Positions 49,759 through 59,824 are shown, counted from the first letter of the whole stretch. The stretch is 63,369 bases of DNA, filler included, from a bacterium (GCA_037439705.1; 11 parts of 11 records of this genome joined end to end with filler, not necessarily neighbours in it), one strand, 5' to 3'. Numbers and translations: made by a program. Notes: generated from the letters alone by a model not told the origin.

Positions 49759-50898
49759 TTATTTAAATAAACAAGTTTTTGTACAGAAATTTTTAAGTTT
49801 CCTTATGCCTTCTTTTATTTTCTCAATTGAAATTGTGTATGAGAGCCTTACGAAGCCTTCCCCCCTTGAACCGAAATCTATTCCGGGAGCCACCGCTACT
49901 TTCTCACTTTTTAAACATTCAAGAGCGAATTCAAGGGATTTCTTTTTTAAATTTTTTATGTTTAACATGAAGTAGAATGCTCCTTTCGGAATGAATTTCA
50001 CGGAGAATCCATTTTTTTTCAATTCTGAAACAAGAAAATCCCTCCTTCTCCTGAAGTTTTCCCTCATCCTTTCAACCTCCTTCCATCCGTATTTTATAGC
50101 GTACATCCCTGCCATCTGAACGAAGGCATTTGCTGAAATGAAGAAGTTCTGCTGAAGTTTTTGTATATCCCTGTAAAATTTTTTTGGAAATATAGCATAT
50201 CCGAGCCTCCACCCTGTCATGGAGAAAGCCTTTGAAAATCCATTTATTATAAAACTCCTGTTCGTGAATTGTTTCATAGAAAGTTCTTCCCCTTCGTATG
50301 TCAATCCGTGATAGATTTCATCAGAGATTACATAAAGCCCTGAGGAAGCGATTTCTTCCATTACCTCTTTTTCAATAACCGCTCCTGTTGGATTAGCGGG
50401 AGAATTCAAAATTATCGCCTTTGCCCTCTTTGACAATTTTTTGAACATTTTGAGGTCTATCTGATAATTTTCTTCTTCCGAAAGCGGAATGAATACAGGT
50501 TTTCCTCCAAAAAATCTGATAAAATTTGGATAGCAGGGATAATGGGGGTCTGTCAGAAGTATTCTGTTTCCTCTTTCAATAAGAAGTGCAAAGATGAGAA
50601 ACATAGCAGGAGATGAACCCTGAGTTATAACCACCTCATCGGGTTCAATTGATACTCCATATCGCTTTTTGTAAAAATTGCAGATTTCCTCTCTCAGTTC
50701 AAATGAACCCATACTGTGCGTATATTTTACAAAACCATTTTTAAGGGATTTTATCGCATAATTTTTTATTGATGACGGGGTGTCAAAATCGGGTTCGCCC
50801 ACCTCCATGTGGATAATTTTTTCACCCTTCCTCTCCATTTCCTTTGCCAGTTCAAGGATATCCATTACCATAAAGGAGGTTATGTTTTTTAGATTCAT
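49759..50898 (-). CDS. PLP-dependent aminotransferase class I/II (aspartate aminotransferase-like)
   Basis: GEPDF, NSPANPTG, SDEIY, NGFSKAFSMTGWRLG. Confidence 0.93.
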   Translation of the reverse strand: MNLKNITSFMVMDILELAKEMERKGEKIIHMEVGEPDFDTPSSIKNYAIKSLKNGFVKYTHSMGSFELREEICNFYKKRYGVSIEPDEVVITQGSSPAMFLIFALLIERGNRILLTDPHYPCYPNFIRFFGGKPVFIPLSEEENYQIDLKMFKKLSKRAKAIILNSPANPTGAVIEKEVMEEIASSGLYVISDEIYHGLTYEGEELSMKQFTNRSFIINGFSKAFSMTGWRLGYAIFPKKFYRDIQKLQQNFFISANAFVQMAGMYAIKYGWKEVERMRENFRRRRDFLVSELKKNGFSVKFIPKGAFYFMLNIKNLKKKSLEFALECLKSEKVAVAPGIDFGSRGEGFVRLSYTISIEKIKEGIRKLKNFCTKTCLFK

Positions 50899-50973
50899 GT
50901 GAGTATTTTATCATTCCTCATCACACTTTCAATTTAACTGGCATAAATTTTAACTTGATGATATTATAAAACC

Positions 50974-51549
50974 ATGTTCGATCTTGACCAGGAAATAAAA
51001 AAACTCAAAGCAGAAATGGAGAGACTCAAGTTTGAGTACAATCAGTTTTTTGCCGGGAACAGAAAGGCACCACCCTTGAAAGAAAGGGCGGAATTTGAAA
51101 AAAAACTGAAGGAACTTTCAAAGAGAAAATTCTTTACACACGGACCAAAATACATGATTGAAACCCTTCTTGCTTCATACCATACATATTGTTCCCTTTG
51201 GGAAAAGATAATGAGGGAAATAGAAGAGGGTAGATATGTAAGGGGGAAGGGATGGGTTGGGAAAGGGGAAATTTTAGAAGAACCTCCGCCTGTTTCTTTG
51301 AAGGAACCCGCCAAAAAAAAAGAAGTTAAAAGGGATGAAGAAAATTTTTCAAAGGTTTATGAAGAGTACTGTGAGTTGAAGAGGACTATTGAAGGGGTAG
51401 AAAATCAGGTTGACAGAGCAAAATTTTTAAAACAGCTTGAAGAGACTGAGAAAAAACTGAAAATGGAAAAAGGATATAAGAAAGTGGAATTCAGGGTTGT
51501 TGTTGAAGATGGAAAACCGAAAATAAAAGCGGTTCCTGTTAAAGAATGA
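50974..51549 (+). CDS. hypothetical protein resembling the MXAN_5187 C-terminal domain family
   Basis: EYNQFFAG..PP, W.KIMREIEEG, VEFRVVVEDGKPKIKA; assignment from memory. Confidence 0.6.
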   Translation: MFDLDQEIKKLKAEMERLKFEYNQFFAGNRKAPPLKERAEFEKKLKELSKRKFFTHGPKYMIETLLASYHTYCSLWEKIMREIEEGRYVRGKGWVGKGEILEEPPPVSLKEPAKKKEVKRDEENFSKVYEEYCELKRTIEGVENQVDRAKFLKQLEETEKKLKMEKGYKKVEFRVVVEDGKPKIKAVPVKE

Positions 51550-51935
51550 AGATTGACCACATAGGAATAGCAGTTTTGAACCTCAATGATGTTGAGGATT
51601 TCGTTAAAAAGGTGTTTGGAAAGGGATTTGATTTGATAGAAGAAATATCTTCACAGAAGGTAAGGGTTGGATTTTTGAATCTTGAAAACTCAAGGTTAGA
51701 GTTCATAGAAGCGGTTTCCGAGGATTCTCCAGTTAAAAAATTTCTTGATAAGAAAGGCGAAGGAATTCATCATATATGTGTGGAGGTAAAAAACATAGAG
51801 GAGACGCTGAGAGTCCTTAAGGAAAGAGGAGTTAAACTTGTGGATGAAAAACCGAGAGAGGGTAGCGAAGGTTCCCGTGTAGCATTCCTTTATCCCTTTC
51901 ATGGAGTTCTTATAGAATTAAAAGAGAAGAAATAA
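51546..51935 (+). CDS. mce: methylmalonyl-CoA epimerase
   Basis: IDHIGIAV, GEGIHHIC, VAFLYP..GVLIEL. Confidence 0.9.
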   Translation: MKIDHIGIAVLNLNDVEDFVKKVFGKGFDLIEEISSQKVRVGFLNLENSRLEFIEAVSEDSPVKKFLDKKGEGIHHICVEVKNIEETLRVLKERGVKLVDEKPREGSEGSRVAFLYPFHGVLIELKEKK

Positions 51936-51943
51936 CTTTTCAA

Positions 51944-52027
51944 GCCGGGGTGGCGGAACGGTAGACGCGGAGGCCTCAAAAGTCTCTGGGGTTCATCTCC
52001 GTGGGGGTTCAAATCCCCCCTCCGGCA
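51944..52027 (+). tRNA. tRNA-Leu (anticodon CAA); CCA not encoded
   Basis: Acceptor stem GCCGGGG/CTCCGGC, anticodon stem GAGGC/GTCTC with loop CTCAAAA, long variable arm, GGTTCAAATCC T-loop. Confidence 0.95.
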
Positions 52028-52151
52028 AAATGAATTCTTTATTGACAAGTTTTTTAAAAAAGAGGTTTTATTCGTTTACGATGAGAAACAAGGGCTCTTT
52101 TCAGAAAGACTTACCTTTTAAGAGAAAAATAATGTAGTATGTAAATTATTA

Positions 52152-52239
52152 GGGTTATCTTTGTTTTTAGCCACTTAAAAATACTTAAGTGGCTATAGAT
52201 GGAGTAGAGGCAAAGGACTTACACAGATTAGTAAACCAT
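52152..52239 (+). mobile_element. probable left end of an IS1595-like element running into the contig end
   Basis: Same 23-bp end as 2070-2092, plus a perfect 11-bp hairpin TAGCCACTTAA/TTAAGTGGCTA (52168-52195). Confidence 0.55.
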
Positions 52240-52339
52240 NNNNNNNNNNNNNNNNNNNNNNNNNNNNNNNNNNNNNNNNNNNNTTAATTAATTAANNNNN
52301 NNNNNNNNNNNNNNNNNNNNNNNNNNNNNNNNNNNNNNN
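52240..52339. other. artificial contig linker
   Basis: N44-TTAATTAATTAA-N44. Confidence 0.98.
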
Positions 52340-52454
52340 GAAATCAAAAATTCCTTCAAAAAAGTCTACAAAAAAAGCCCACTTTTTCAGAACCCTCTGT
52401 GAAATTCTGTGGTTGATAGAAAAACTGACATGATATATAAATAAAGTAAAAGAG

Positions 52455-54560
52455 ATGAAAAAAGTAATTTTCAAAATCGTAAATATGCACTGTGCTTCCT
52501 GTGCCAGAGCGATAGAATGGGCGCTTTCAAAAGAGAAAGGAATAATTTCGGTTTATGTTAATTTTCCCATGAGTAAGGCAGAAATTGAATATGACCCGGA
52601 AAAGATAAGCCTTAATGAAATTAAAAAGATAATCAAAGATACAGGATATGAAGCATCTTCAGCAGAAGAAGAACTTGAAGATGAAATAAAAAGGGGATGG
52701 CAGAGGTTCTGGTGGGGAGTCATTTTAACGCTTCCCGTGTTTGTGATAGAAACCATTTTGAAAAAGCACGGATTTGGCTGGCACCTGGTTTTATTCCTTC
52801 TCGCCACCCCTGTTCAGGTGATACTCGGTCTGCCATTTTACAGGGGAGCATATTTTTCCCTGAAACAAAATATGGCTGATATGAATGTTCTCGTAGCTTT
52901 GAGCACTTCAGCAGCCTATTTTTATTCAGTCGCTGCAACTTTTTTCATCCCCGGTCCAGTATTCTATGAAGCTTCAACTACTGTTTTGACCACCATTACC
53001 CTCGGTATGCTTCTCGAAAAAATCTCCCAGCAAAAGGCGGGAGATGCAATCAAAAAACTGATGAAGCTGGAAGCTAAAACTGCACGGGTGATAAGGGATA
53101 ATAAAGAAATGGAAATTTTAGCAGATGAAATTCAAAAGGGAGACATTGTTATGGTTAGAAGCGGTGAAAAAATTCCTGCTGATGGAATTGTTATTGAAGG
53201 AAGGTCAACGGTTGATGAGTCAATGCTTACGGGAGAATCTATACCTGTGGATAAAAAACCAGTAGATAAGGTTTTTGGAGGAACTGTTAACAAAGAGGGA
53301 TCTTTTAAATTCAAAGCAACCGGGGTAGGAGAAGAAACAGCACTCCATCAGATTATCAAACTGGTTGAGGAAGCACAATCAAAAAGAGCACCGATTCAAA
53401 GAGTTGCGGACAGAGTAGTGAACTGGTTTGTGCCGGTTGTAGTAGCTATCGCCGTAGCCTCGTTTGTAATCTGGTATTTTGTTAAAGATAACCCGTTTTT
53501 GTTTGCCCTCACCGCTTTTGTTTCGGTTCTGGTAATTGCCTGTCCATGTGCACTCGGGATTGCTACCCCGACTGCAATTCTCGTTGGAGTTGGAAAAGGA
53601 GCTGAAAGGGGAATTTTGATCAAGGGAGGAGAATATTTAGAGAAGGTTAGAGAACTTAATGCCCTGGTTTTTGACAAAACTGGAACGCTAACCGAGGGAA
53701 AACCAAAAGTAACCGATATAAGGGGAGATGTTCTGGAGTTAGCAGCAAGTCTTGCTAAAAATACCACCCATCCACTTGATATAGCCATTGTGAAGGAATC
53801 TGAAAAAAGAAAAATAAATCTTCTGGATGTTGAAAATTTTGAAGCAATTCCAGGAAAGGGACTTAAAGGAAAAATTGGTGGTAAAGAGGTTTTATTGGGG
53901 AACAGAAGCCTTATCAAAAGCGAGCTTGGAAAGGAATGGGAAGAGGAGGGAAAAACGGTGATGCTGGTTTCGGTTGATGGAGAAGTTAAGGGAGCAATTG
54001 CTGTTGCGGATACTATAAGAGAACATGCAAGAGAGACAATTAAAAATCTGAAAAAAATGGGTCTGGAAATCTGGATGCTCACAGGAGATAATAAAAAAAC
54101 AGCATCTGCTATCGGAAGGGAACTTGGAATTGATAAAATTTTAGCAGAGGTTCTGCCTCAGGATAAAGAAAAAGAAATAAGAAAGCTTAAAGCACAGGGG
54201 AAGATAGTTGGAGCAGTAGGAGACGGGATAAATGATGCTCCAATGTTAGCATCTGCAGATATTGGAATTGCCATGGGAACCGGGACAGATGTGGCTAAAG
54301 AAACAGGAGGAATAATTCTCATAAAAGATGATATAAGGGATGTGATTAAAGCAATAGAACTTTCCCACGCAACATTTTCCAAAATAAAACAGAACCTCTT
54401 TTTGGCTTTTATCTACAATGTTTTGGCAATTCCTGTTGCTGCTGGGCTTTTTTATTACCATCTTGGTTTTTTATTAAGACCAGAAATTGGGGCTTTTGCC
54501 ATGGTTCTATCCGATCTCCTTGTTGTTGGAAATTCACTTTTACTGAGGAGATTGAAATAA
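52455..54560 (+). CDS. copA: copper-translocating P1B-type ATPase
   Basis: [33 protein letters not shown] in TM7. Confidence 0.92.
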   Translation: MKKVIFKIVNMHCASCARAIEWALSKEKGIISVYVNFPMSKAEIEYDPEKISLNEIKKIIKDTGYEASSAEEELEDEIKRGWQRFWWGVILTLPVFVIETILKKHGFGWHLVLFLLATPVQVILGLPFYRGAYFSLKQNMADMNVLVALSTSAAYFYSVAATFFIPGPVFYEASTTVLTTITLGMLLEKISQQKAGDAIKKLMKLEAKTARVIRDNKEMEILADEIQKGDIVMVRSGEKIPADGIVIEGRSTVDESMLTGESIPVDKKPVDKVFGGTVNKEGSFKFKATGVGEETALHQIIKLVEEAQSKRAPIQRVADRVVNWFVPVVVAIAVASFVIWYFVKDNPFLFALTAFVSVLVIACPCALGIATPTAILVGVGKGAERGILIKGGEYLEKVRELNALVFDKTGTLTEGKPKVTDIRGDVLELAASLAKNTTHPLDIAIVKESEKRKINLLDVENFEAIPGKGLKGKIGGKEVLLGNRSLIKSELGKEWEEEGKTVMLVSVDGEVKGAIAVADTIREHARETIKNLKKMGLEIWMLTGDNKKTASAIGRELGIDKILAEVLPQDKEKEIRKLKAQGKIVGAVGDGINDAPMLASADIGIAMGTGTDVAKETGGIILIKDDIRDVIKAIELSHATFSKIKQNLFLAFIYNVLAIPVAAGLFYYHLGFLLRPEIGAFAMVLSDLLVVGNSLLLRRLK

Positions 54561-54636
54561 TCTGAACCCCAAAATTTAAGACCGGATTATAAAACCTCCC
54601 CCCTTTTCAGATACCATTACAAAAAACACCGAACAC

Positions 54637-54690
54637 ACACTGGAAAAGTTAAGATATGAGCGACATTAAGGAGTGAGAGGGAGAGATGAA
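54637..54690. repeat. 54-bp repeat identical (inverted) to 57980-58033; possible IS/MITE end
   Basis: ACACTGGAAAAGTTAAGATATGAGCGACATTAAGGAGTGAGAGGGAGAGATGAA, 54/54 match. Confidence 0.9.
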
Positions 54691-54937
54691 GTTTTATTCT
54701 ATATTTGGTAATATAAGGGGATTTTACAAGAGGAGGTTTCAGGATATGCTTTATAGTTTGAGAAGATTTTGAGTGTATGAGATAATAAAAAGACCTCACA
54801 AATCCCTCGGTCTAAAAAGCCCCTTAAATTTTCTCATTCAAACTCATAAAATGTCGCATATGTATATAACTTATACAAACACTTGACTTTTAAAATTTAG
54901 TTTTGTATAATATAAAAAATGAAAGAAGGAGGGTGAA

Positions 54938-56686
54938 ATGAGAAGAGTTTTAATAAGTATGGGTGTAATATTAATTTTCTCCTCCTGCGGAGAAAGGGGC
55001 ACTATTGATCTCGCTGGAAGAACATCCATTCCAACAAAACTTGTTGTCCTTACTCCGTTCACAGAAACAGAAGTGGATGAGAATTTTAGATTTGTAGCAG
55101 AGGTTCCTGAGTTTATCCCGAGTGTGTCAATAGTCAAAAATTCTGAAGGAGAAACTGTGCTTCTCGGTTACACAATTCCTGATTACCTTGCAAAAGATGG
55201 ACTTGAGGAATTCGCCTATTCAAATAGAAGGATAATAGGGCCAAGATCAACCGCTGCAGCCCTCATTGTTATGAATCCAATTTTTCTCGGCGTTGAAGAC
55301 TGGGCAAAGATAGAGATATTGAGAAGAATTATAAAAACCTCGGATTTTGAGAGGATTGTAAAAGGAATAGAAGATGCAATAAGAAAAGATGGCTCAATAA
55401 GCCTTTCAAAGCATCCAGAGGTTTATACCCTTTCAGCAGAAATAGTAAAGAGTGTGGTTGATAGTTCGGAAATCGGAGAGGTAAGAGGAGCGGTTACGAT
55501 TGACGAGAATGCACCCTGGTTTGAGACATATTATAACAACGGGACAAGAAGCGGAATAAAGTTTTTCAATCCAAAGATGGTTTATTACTGGGCTGGTGTG
55601 AAGGAACAGCAAAATGGAGATGAGATAGAACACCACTGGCTCCTTCCAAAATTGAGAATAATAGACCTTTCCATTGAAAACCTTTTGAGGTTTGATTTAT
55701 CAGCGGATCCCAAGGAAACAGTATGGAATTTCCCGTGCGAGCAGGCATATAAACTCATAAGCATGTACAAAGGATTCAGGGGATACCTGGATCTGAATAT
55801 GTTTACTGGACCACTGAATGCAGAAAGAAGGGCTCTTATGGCAAATACATGGCAGGGAATAAAGTATGTCCTTGCCCTTATAACAAGCGTGGATATACTT
55901 CCTGATGGACACCTCGTTGTATCAGGTCTTGATTATATTCTGAATCCAAATGCACAGAGCGCCTATGAAAACCTGATGGAGGCAATAAAGAGCTATGATA
56001 TATGGGATATAATATCTGCTGTAATAAGTCTAATAAGCGCCTTCAAGGACCAGATAAAGGATTACCTCTTCAGTTCATTTGGTCAGAGTGTTTCAGACAA
56101 CTTTTTGAGCGCTGCATTGGGTGTAATTGGAGATATAGCAGGAATAGCAATAAAGGTTTATAACCTAACAACCCAGACAATTCCCTTCTTCTACGATTTC
56201 ATAGATGCTCCAGAGGAGGTGAGATACTGGGCATTCAACTGTGCGATTGCTGATTCGGGACCAGCCCTTATCTCATTCATAAAACCTAACTATGTGGTGA
56301 GCGGAAAGACTCTTTCCGTATGGGGTTCATTCTTAGGAGAGGCAAAGGGAAAGATAAACATCTACCTTCCTAACTCCAATGAAAAGGTTGCTGAGGTTGA
56401 TGCAAATGGAATAACAACATGGATAGACACATTTATAACCTTCTACATACCCAATCTTGCTGCGGGAAGCTATGAATTTAGCATTGTTAAACCATTGCCT
56501 GGTGGGGGAGAACTTGAAAGCATAAAATTCCCCTTCAATGTTGTCCTTCCTGGAATGGGTCCCGGTGGTGGAGGTGGTGGCGGAGGAGGTGGGTGCGTTT
56601 ATACAGGTAAAAATCCTCATGGATTCTCTCCAATTCTTCTCGTTCCATTACTATTCATTTTCTTCTACAGGATGAAAAAGAAATAA
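54938..56686 (+). CDS. hypothetical lipoprotein with an IPT/TIG-like domain and C-terminal poly-Gly-Cys/TM sorting tag
   Basis: Lipobox FSSC; PALISFIKP..G..L.V.G..W.DT.I.F.IP; ends G10-C..TM..RMKKK. Confidence 0.8.
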   Translation: MRRVLISMGVILIFSSCGERGTIDLAGRTSIPTKLVVLTPFTETEVDENFRFVAEVPEFIPSVSIVKNSEGETVLLGYTIPDYLAKDGLEEFAYSNRRIIGPRSTAAALIVMNPIFLGVEDWAKIEILRRIIKTSDFERIVKGIEDAIRKDGSISLSKHPEVYTLSAEIVKSVVDSSEIGEVRGAVTIDENAPWFETYYNNGTRSGIKFFNPKMVYYWAGVKEQQNGDEIEHHWLLPKLRIIDLSIENLLRFDLSADPKETVWNFPCEQAYKLISMYKGFRGYLDLNMFTGPLNAERRALMANTWQGIKYVLALITSVDILPDGHLVVSGLDYILNPNAQSAYENLMEAIKSYDIWDIISAVISLISAFKDQIKDYLFSSFGQSVSDNFLSAALGVIGDIAGIAIKVYNLTTQTIPFFYDFIDAPEEVRYWAFNCAIADSGPALISFIKPNYVVSGKTLSVWGSFLGEAKGKINIYLPNSNEKVAEVDANGITTWIDTFITFYIPNLAAGSYEFSIVKPLPGGGELESIKFPFNVVLPGMGPGGGGGGGGGGCVYTGKNPHGFSPILLVPLLFIFFYRMKKK

Positions 56687-56730
56687 AACTCGGATAAGGG
56701 TTCAAAAATAAAAAATTCAAAATTACAACG

Positions 56731-56750
56731 AATGTACTTTATTGTACATT
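56731..56750. promoter_or_regulatory. palindromic putative enhancer-binding-protein site (TGT-N10-ACA)
   Basis: AATGTAC-TTTATT-GTACATT, about 50 bp upstream of the sigma54 site. Confidence 0.5.
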
Positions 56751-56797
56751 GTTTTGCACAAAAAGGTTTTTTTCTATAAAAAAAATCATATTTCTAA

Positions 56798-56813
56798 TGG
56801 CATAAAATTTGCT
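56798..56813 (+). promoter_or_regulatory. sigma54 (-24/-12) promoter
   Basis: TGGCATAAAATTTGCT = GG-N10-GC, followed by AGGAGG RBS and ATG at 56844. Confidence 0.7.
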
Positions 56814-56843
56814 TACTTCTCTTTAAAAAAAGGAGGTAAAAAA

Positions 56844-57876
56844 ATGCATGAAAGGTGGAATTATGAATTTCCAGAATGGGTTGAGGAGCCAGAAACTACA
56901 TATACAGGTTATCCAATAACCCCTGTTAAGTTCGGGCTTCCAAAGGAAATTGATTCTATCTGCCCTGATTGTGGAAAAATAATTAAGGCGATCCTTTATC
57001 CTGAAGGCGGAAAGGTGTGGATAAAAAAGAGATGCAATGAACATGGAGAATTTCTTGACATCTTTTATGGGGATGAGGAACTTTACTACAAATGCGAAGA
57101 GTTCTGGTTCGGGGATAGCAGAGGGGTTGAAAATCCTCAGATTCCCAATGCGACAAAATGCCCCCTTCAGTGTGGACTCTGTAATATGCATCTCAGCTGT
57201 TCAGCACTCCCTATAATTGACCTCACAAACAGGTGTAATCTTTCCTGTCCAGTGTGTTTTGCTAATGCAAATGCGACCGGATACCTTTATGAACCCTCTT
57301 ATGATGATGTGGTAAGAATGCTTGATACACTCGCTAATCAGAAGCCAGTTCCTGCTTTGAGGGTTCAGTTTTCTGGTGGAGAACCTACCCTCAGACCAGA
57401 TTTCTTGAAAATTGTAAGAAAAGCAAAAGAGATGGGCTTCTATTACATACAGGTGAACACCAACGGAATAAAAATGGCAGACCTTGAATTTGCACAGGCT
57501 GCAAAGGAAGCAGGGGTTCATACCCTTTATCTTCAGTTTGATGGTGTGAATGAGGATGTTTATTACAAAACGAGAAATCTCCCACTTCTTGAGTTCAAGA
57601 TGAAAACCATTGAAAACTGCAGGAAGGTTGGCATAAGCATTGTTTTCGTTCCTACTGTTGTGAGGGGATTCAATGACCATCAGGTTGGAGAAATAGTGAA
57701 ACTCGCTGCAAAGAATGTGGATGTAGTGTCCGGAATAGCTTTCCAGCCCGTTTCATTTGTTGGAAGATACAGCCACAGCTACAGAATGGAAAGAAGGTAT
57801 ACAATGGCTGACCTCGCCTTTGACATAGAAAAACAGACAGGTTATATGAAAGCAAGGAGGGACTGGTACCCACTCG
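56844..57876 (+). CDS. radical SAM protein, tetraether lipid synthase (Tes/MJ0619)-like family, 3' truncated
   Basis: SICPDC..CNEHG metal site, CPLQCGLC, DLTNRCNLSCPVCFANA, QFSGGEPT, YLQFDG, FQPVSFVGR; start at 56844 after RBS. Confidence 0.8.
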
Positions 57877-57976
57877 NNNNNNNNNNNNNNNNNNNNNNNN
57901 NNNNNNNNNNNNNNNNNNNNTTAATTAATTAANNNNNNNNNNNNNNNNNNNNNNNNNNNNNNNNNNNNNNNNNNNN
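57877..57976. other. artificial contig linker
   Basis: N44-TTAATTAATTAA-N44. Confidence 0.98.
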
Positions 57977-57979
57977 TGT

Positions 57980-58033
57980 TTCATCTCTCCCTCTCACTCC
58001 TTAATGTCGCTCATATCTTAACTTTTCCAGTGT
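57980..58033. repeat. 54-bp repeat, inverted copy of 54637-54690, at the contig start
   Basis: Exact match; its RBS+ATG points out into the assembly gap. Confidence 0.9.
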
Positions 58034-58109
58034 CCCAAAATCGTTCGCCTGCTCCAGACACAACAATTATTTGTAAAAATTATTTAAACGGATAAAATTA
58101 TTTCCTGTA

Positions 58110-59009
58110 ATGTATCCATCCTACCTCAACATAATGGAAAGAGGAGAATTTGAGGAAAGGGTTAAAAATTTTCTTGATGCCCTTTCCTCCTGTGAGCTCT
58201 GTCCGAGGGCATGTAGGATTAACAGATTGAATGATGAAAAGGGAGAATGTATGACGGGTAGGTTCGCAAGGGTTTCATCATACCATCCACATTTTGGAGA
58301 AGAAGCTCCTCTTGTTGGTTACAGGGGTTCTGGAACCATCTTTTTCACCTGGTGCAACCTCAAATGTGTCTTCTGTCAGAACTATGAAATAAGTCAACTT
58401 GGAGAAGGAAAAGAGGTAACCCCTGAGGAACTCGCTGACATAATGCTCGACCTTCAAAAAATGGGATGTCATAACATAAACCTTGTATCTCCAACCCATG
58501 TAATTGCTCAGGTCGTTGAAGCATTGAGGATTGCTGCCTGGAAAGGATTAAGCCTTCCGATTGTTTATAACACAGGTGGATACGATTCAATAAAAACTCT
58601 CAAAATGCTGGAAGGAATAATTGATATATACATGCCAGATATGAAATACGGAGACAATGAAACCGCCTTTAAGTATTCAGGGATAAAAGGATATTTTGAT
58701 GTAAATAAAAGAGCAGTAAAGGAAATGCACAGGCAGACAGGCGACCTCATAATTGATGAACGGGGAATAGCAAGAAGGGGTTTGATAATAAGGCACCTTG
58801 TCCTTCCAAACGCTCTTGCAAATTCTGAAAATGTGATAAAGTTCATAGCGGAGGAGATTTCAAAAAATACCTATCTCAACATTATGGACCAGTACAGACC
58901 CTGTTACAGGTCGGAAGAATATCTTGAGCTTTCAAGAAGAATAACAAAGAAAGAATGGGAAGAGGTAGTTCGTCTTGCGTTGAAATATGGAATAAAAAGG
59001 CTTGATTAA
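58110..59009 (+). CDS. radical SAM protein, PflX-like (PFL-activating-enzyme-related)
   Basis: CELCPRAC, HFGEE, GSGTIFF, CNLKCVFCQN, HNINLVSP, RHLVLP, MDQYRP. Confidence 0.88.
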   Translation: MYPSYLNIMERGEFEERVKNFLDALSSCELCPRACRINRLNDEKGECMTGRFARVSSYHPHFGEEAPLVGYRGSGTIFFTWCNLKCVFCQNYEISQLGEGKEVTPEELADIMLDLQKMGCHNINLVSPTHVIAQVVEALRIAAWKGLSLPIVYNTGGYDSIKTLKMLEGIIDIYMPDMKYGDNETAFKYSGIKGYFDVNKRAVKEMHRQTGDLIIDERGIARRGLIIRHLVLPNALANSENVIKFIAEEISKNTYLNIMDQYRPCYRSEEYLELSRRITKKEWEEVVRLALKYGIKRLD

Positions 59010-59131
59010 GACCTGCCTAATCCGCCGGATTCTTGATTACTTGGACATAGTGTATAAAATAAGGTAAAAACTTAGGAAATTTAATTGATAAAAAATCCCT
59101 TTTTTAAATACACAAAGTTAAGAGCAGAAAA

Positions 59132-59824
59132 TCACCTATCAATCAGAAGGAGTCTCGGATTGACTGGCTTCGCCCTCCATCTAATTTCAAAATGAAGGTG
59201 TGGAGAATTTGCGTTCCCTGTACTTCCCACCTCTCCTATAATCTGTCCCTTTTTGACCTTGTCACCTTCCTTCACATAGTTTTTCTTATTATGGGCATAT
59301 ACAGTAGCATAATCTCCTTCATGCTTTATTATTATGAGATTTCCATAACCCTTCAATTCATCTCCGCTGTATATTACCTTTCCATCATAAGCTGCTTTTA
59401 TTGGTGTCCCCTCTGGAGTTGATATGTCAATTCCATCATGAGGAATCCCGTCTCTTATTCCGAATTCCGATGTGACTATTCCATCAACAGGCCATATAAG
59501 TGGAATAGAGCCCCTTTCTTCTTTTTTACCTTCTCTTTTCTCAGGTTTTGGAGGTTTAGTAATTTCAACTCTCTCCTCCTCTACAGGAACTTCTTTTTTC
59601 CTTTCCTTTGCCCCGGGTATGAATATTACCTGTCCTTCCTTTATCACAGATGGGTCTTTTATGTGGTTTATCATTACTATTTCCTTCAAAGAAACACCAT
59701 AAGAAATGGAAACGGAATAAAGGGTATCTCCTTTTTTTACTGTGTAATAAATTCCATAGGGTGCACAGGCATAAACCAGCCCTAAAAGAAAAAAACCCAG
59801 TATTGGTATTCCTCTCCACATCAT
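59132..59824 (-). CDS. nlpD: LysM + M23 peptidase lipoprotein (NlpD-like)
   Basis: Lipobox VYAC, LysM YTVKKGDTL, HDGID, YAH, HLHFE; downstream of surE-pcm. Confidence 0.85.
   Translation of the reverse strand: MMWRGIPILGFFLLGLVYACAPYGIYYTVKKGDTLYSVSISYGVSLKEIVMINHIKDPSVIKEGQVIFIPGAKERKKEVPVEEERVEITKPPKPEKREGKKEERGSIPLIWPVDGIVTSEFGIRDGIPHDGIDISTPEGTPIKAAYDGKVIYSGDELKGYGNLIIIKHEGDYATVYAHNKKNYVKEGDKVKKGQIIGEVGSTGNANSPHLHFEIRWRAKPVNPRLLLIDR

Noticed and set aside
50939-50954. TGGCATAAATTTTAAC, sigma54-like site upstream of the MXAN_5187-like gene
   Set aside because: Lacks the -12 GC dinucleotide
51944-52239. tRNA-Leu as an integration site for a prophage or island
   Set aside because: No integrase and no duplicated tRNA 3' end visible; only an IS-like end follows before the contig stops
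53396-54082. Long antisense ORFs (228 aa opposite copA; also 16825-17367, 24927-25427, 57201-57680 and others)
   Set aside because: Shadows of well-supported genes on the other strand; Ser/Phe/Ile-rich with no motifs
56564-56593. GGN tandem run as a contingency microsatellite
   Set aside because: Mixed GGT/GGA/GGC/GGG codons encode the poly-Gly linker of the sorting tag, so selection is at the protein level
5821-57976. Regularly spaced TTAATTAATTAA palindromes about every 5.7 kb
   Set aside because: Artificial six-frame-stop linkers between length-sorted contigs; ORFs containing X or ending LIN are artefacts and no cross-linker synteny can be inferred
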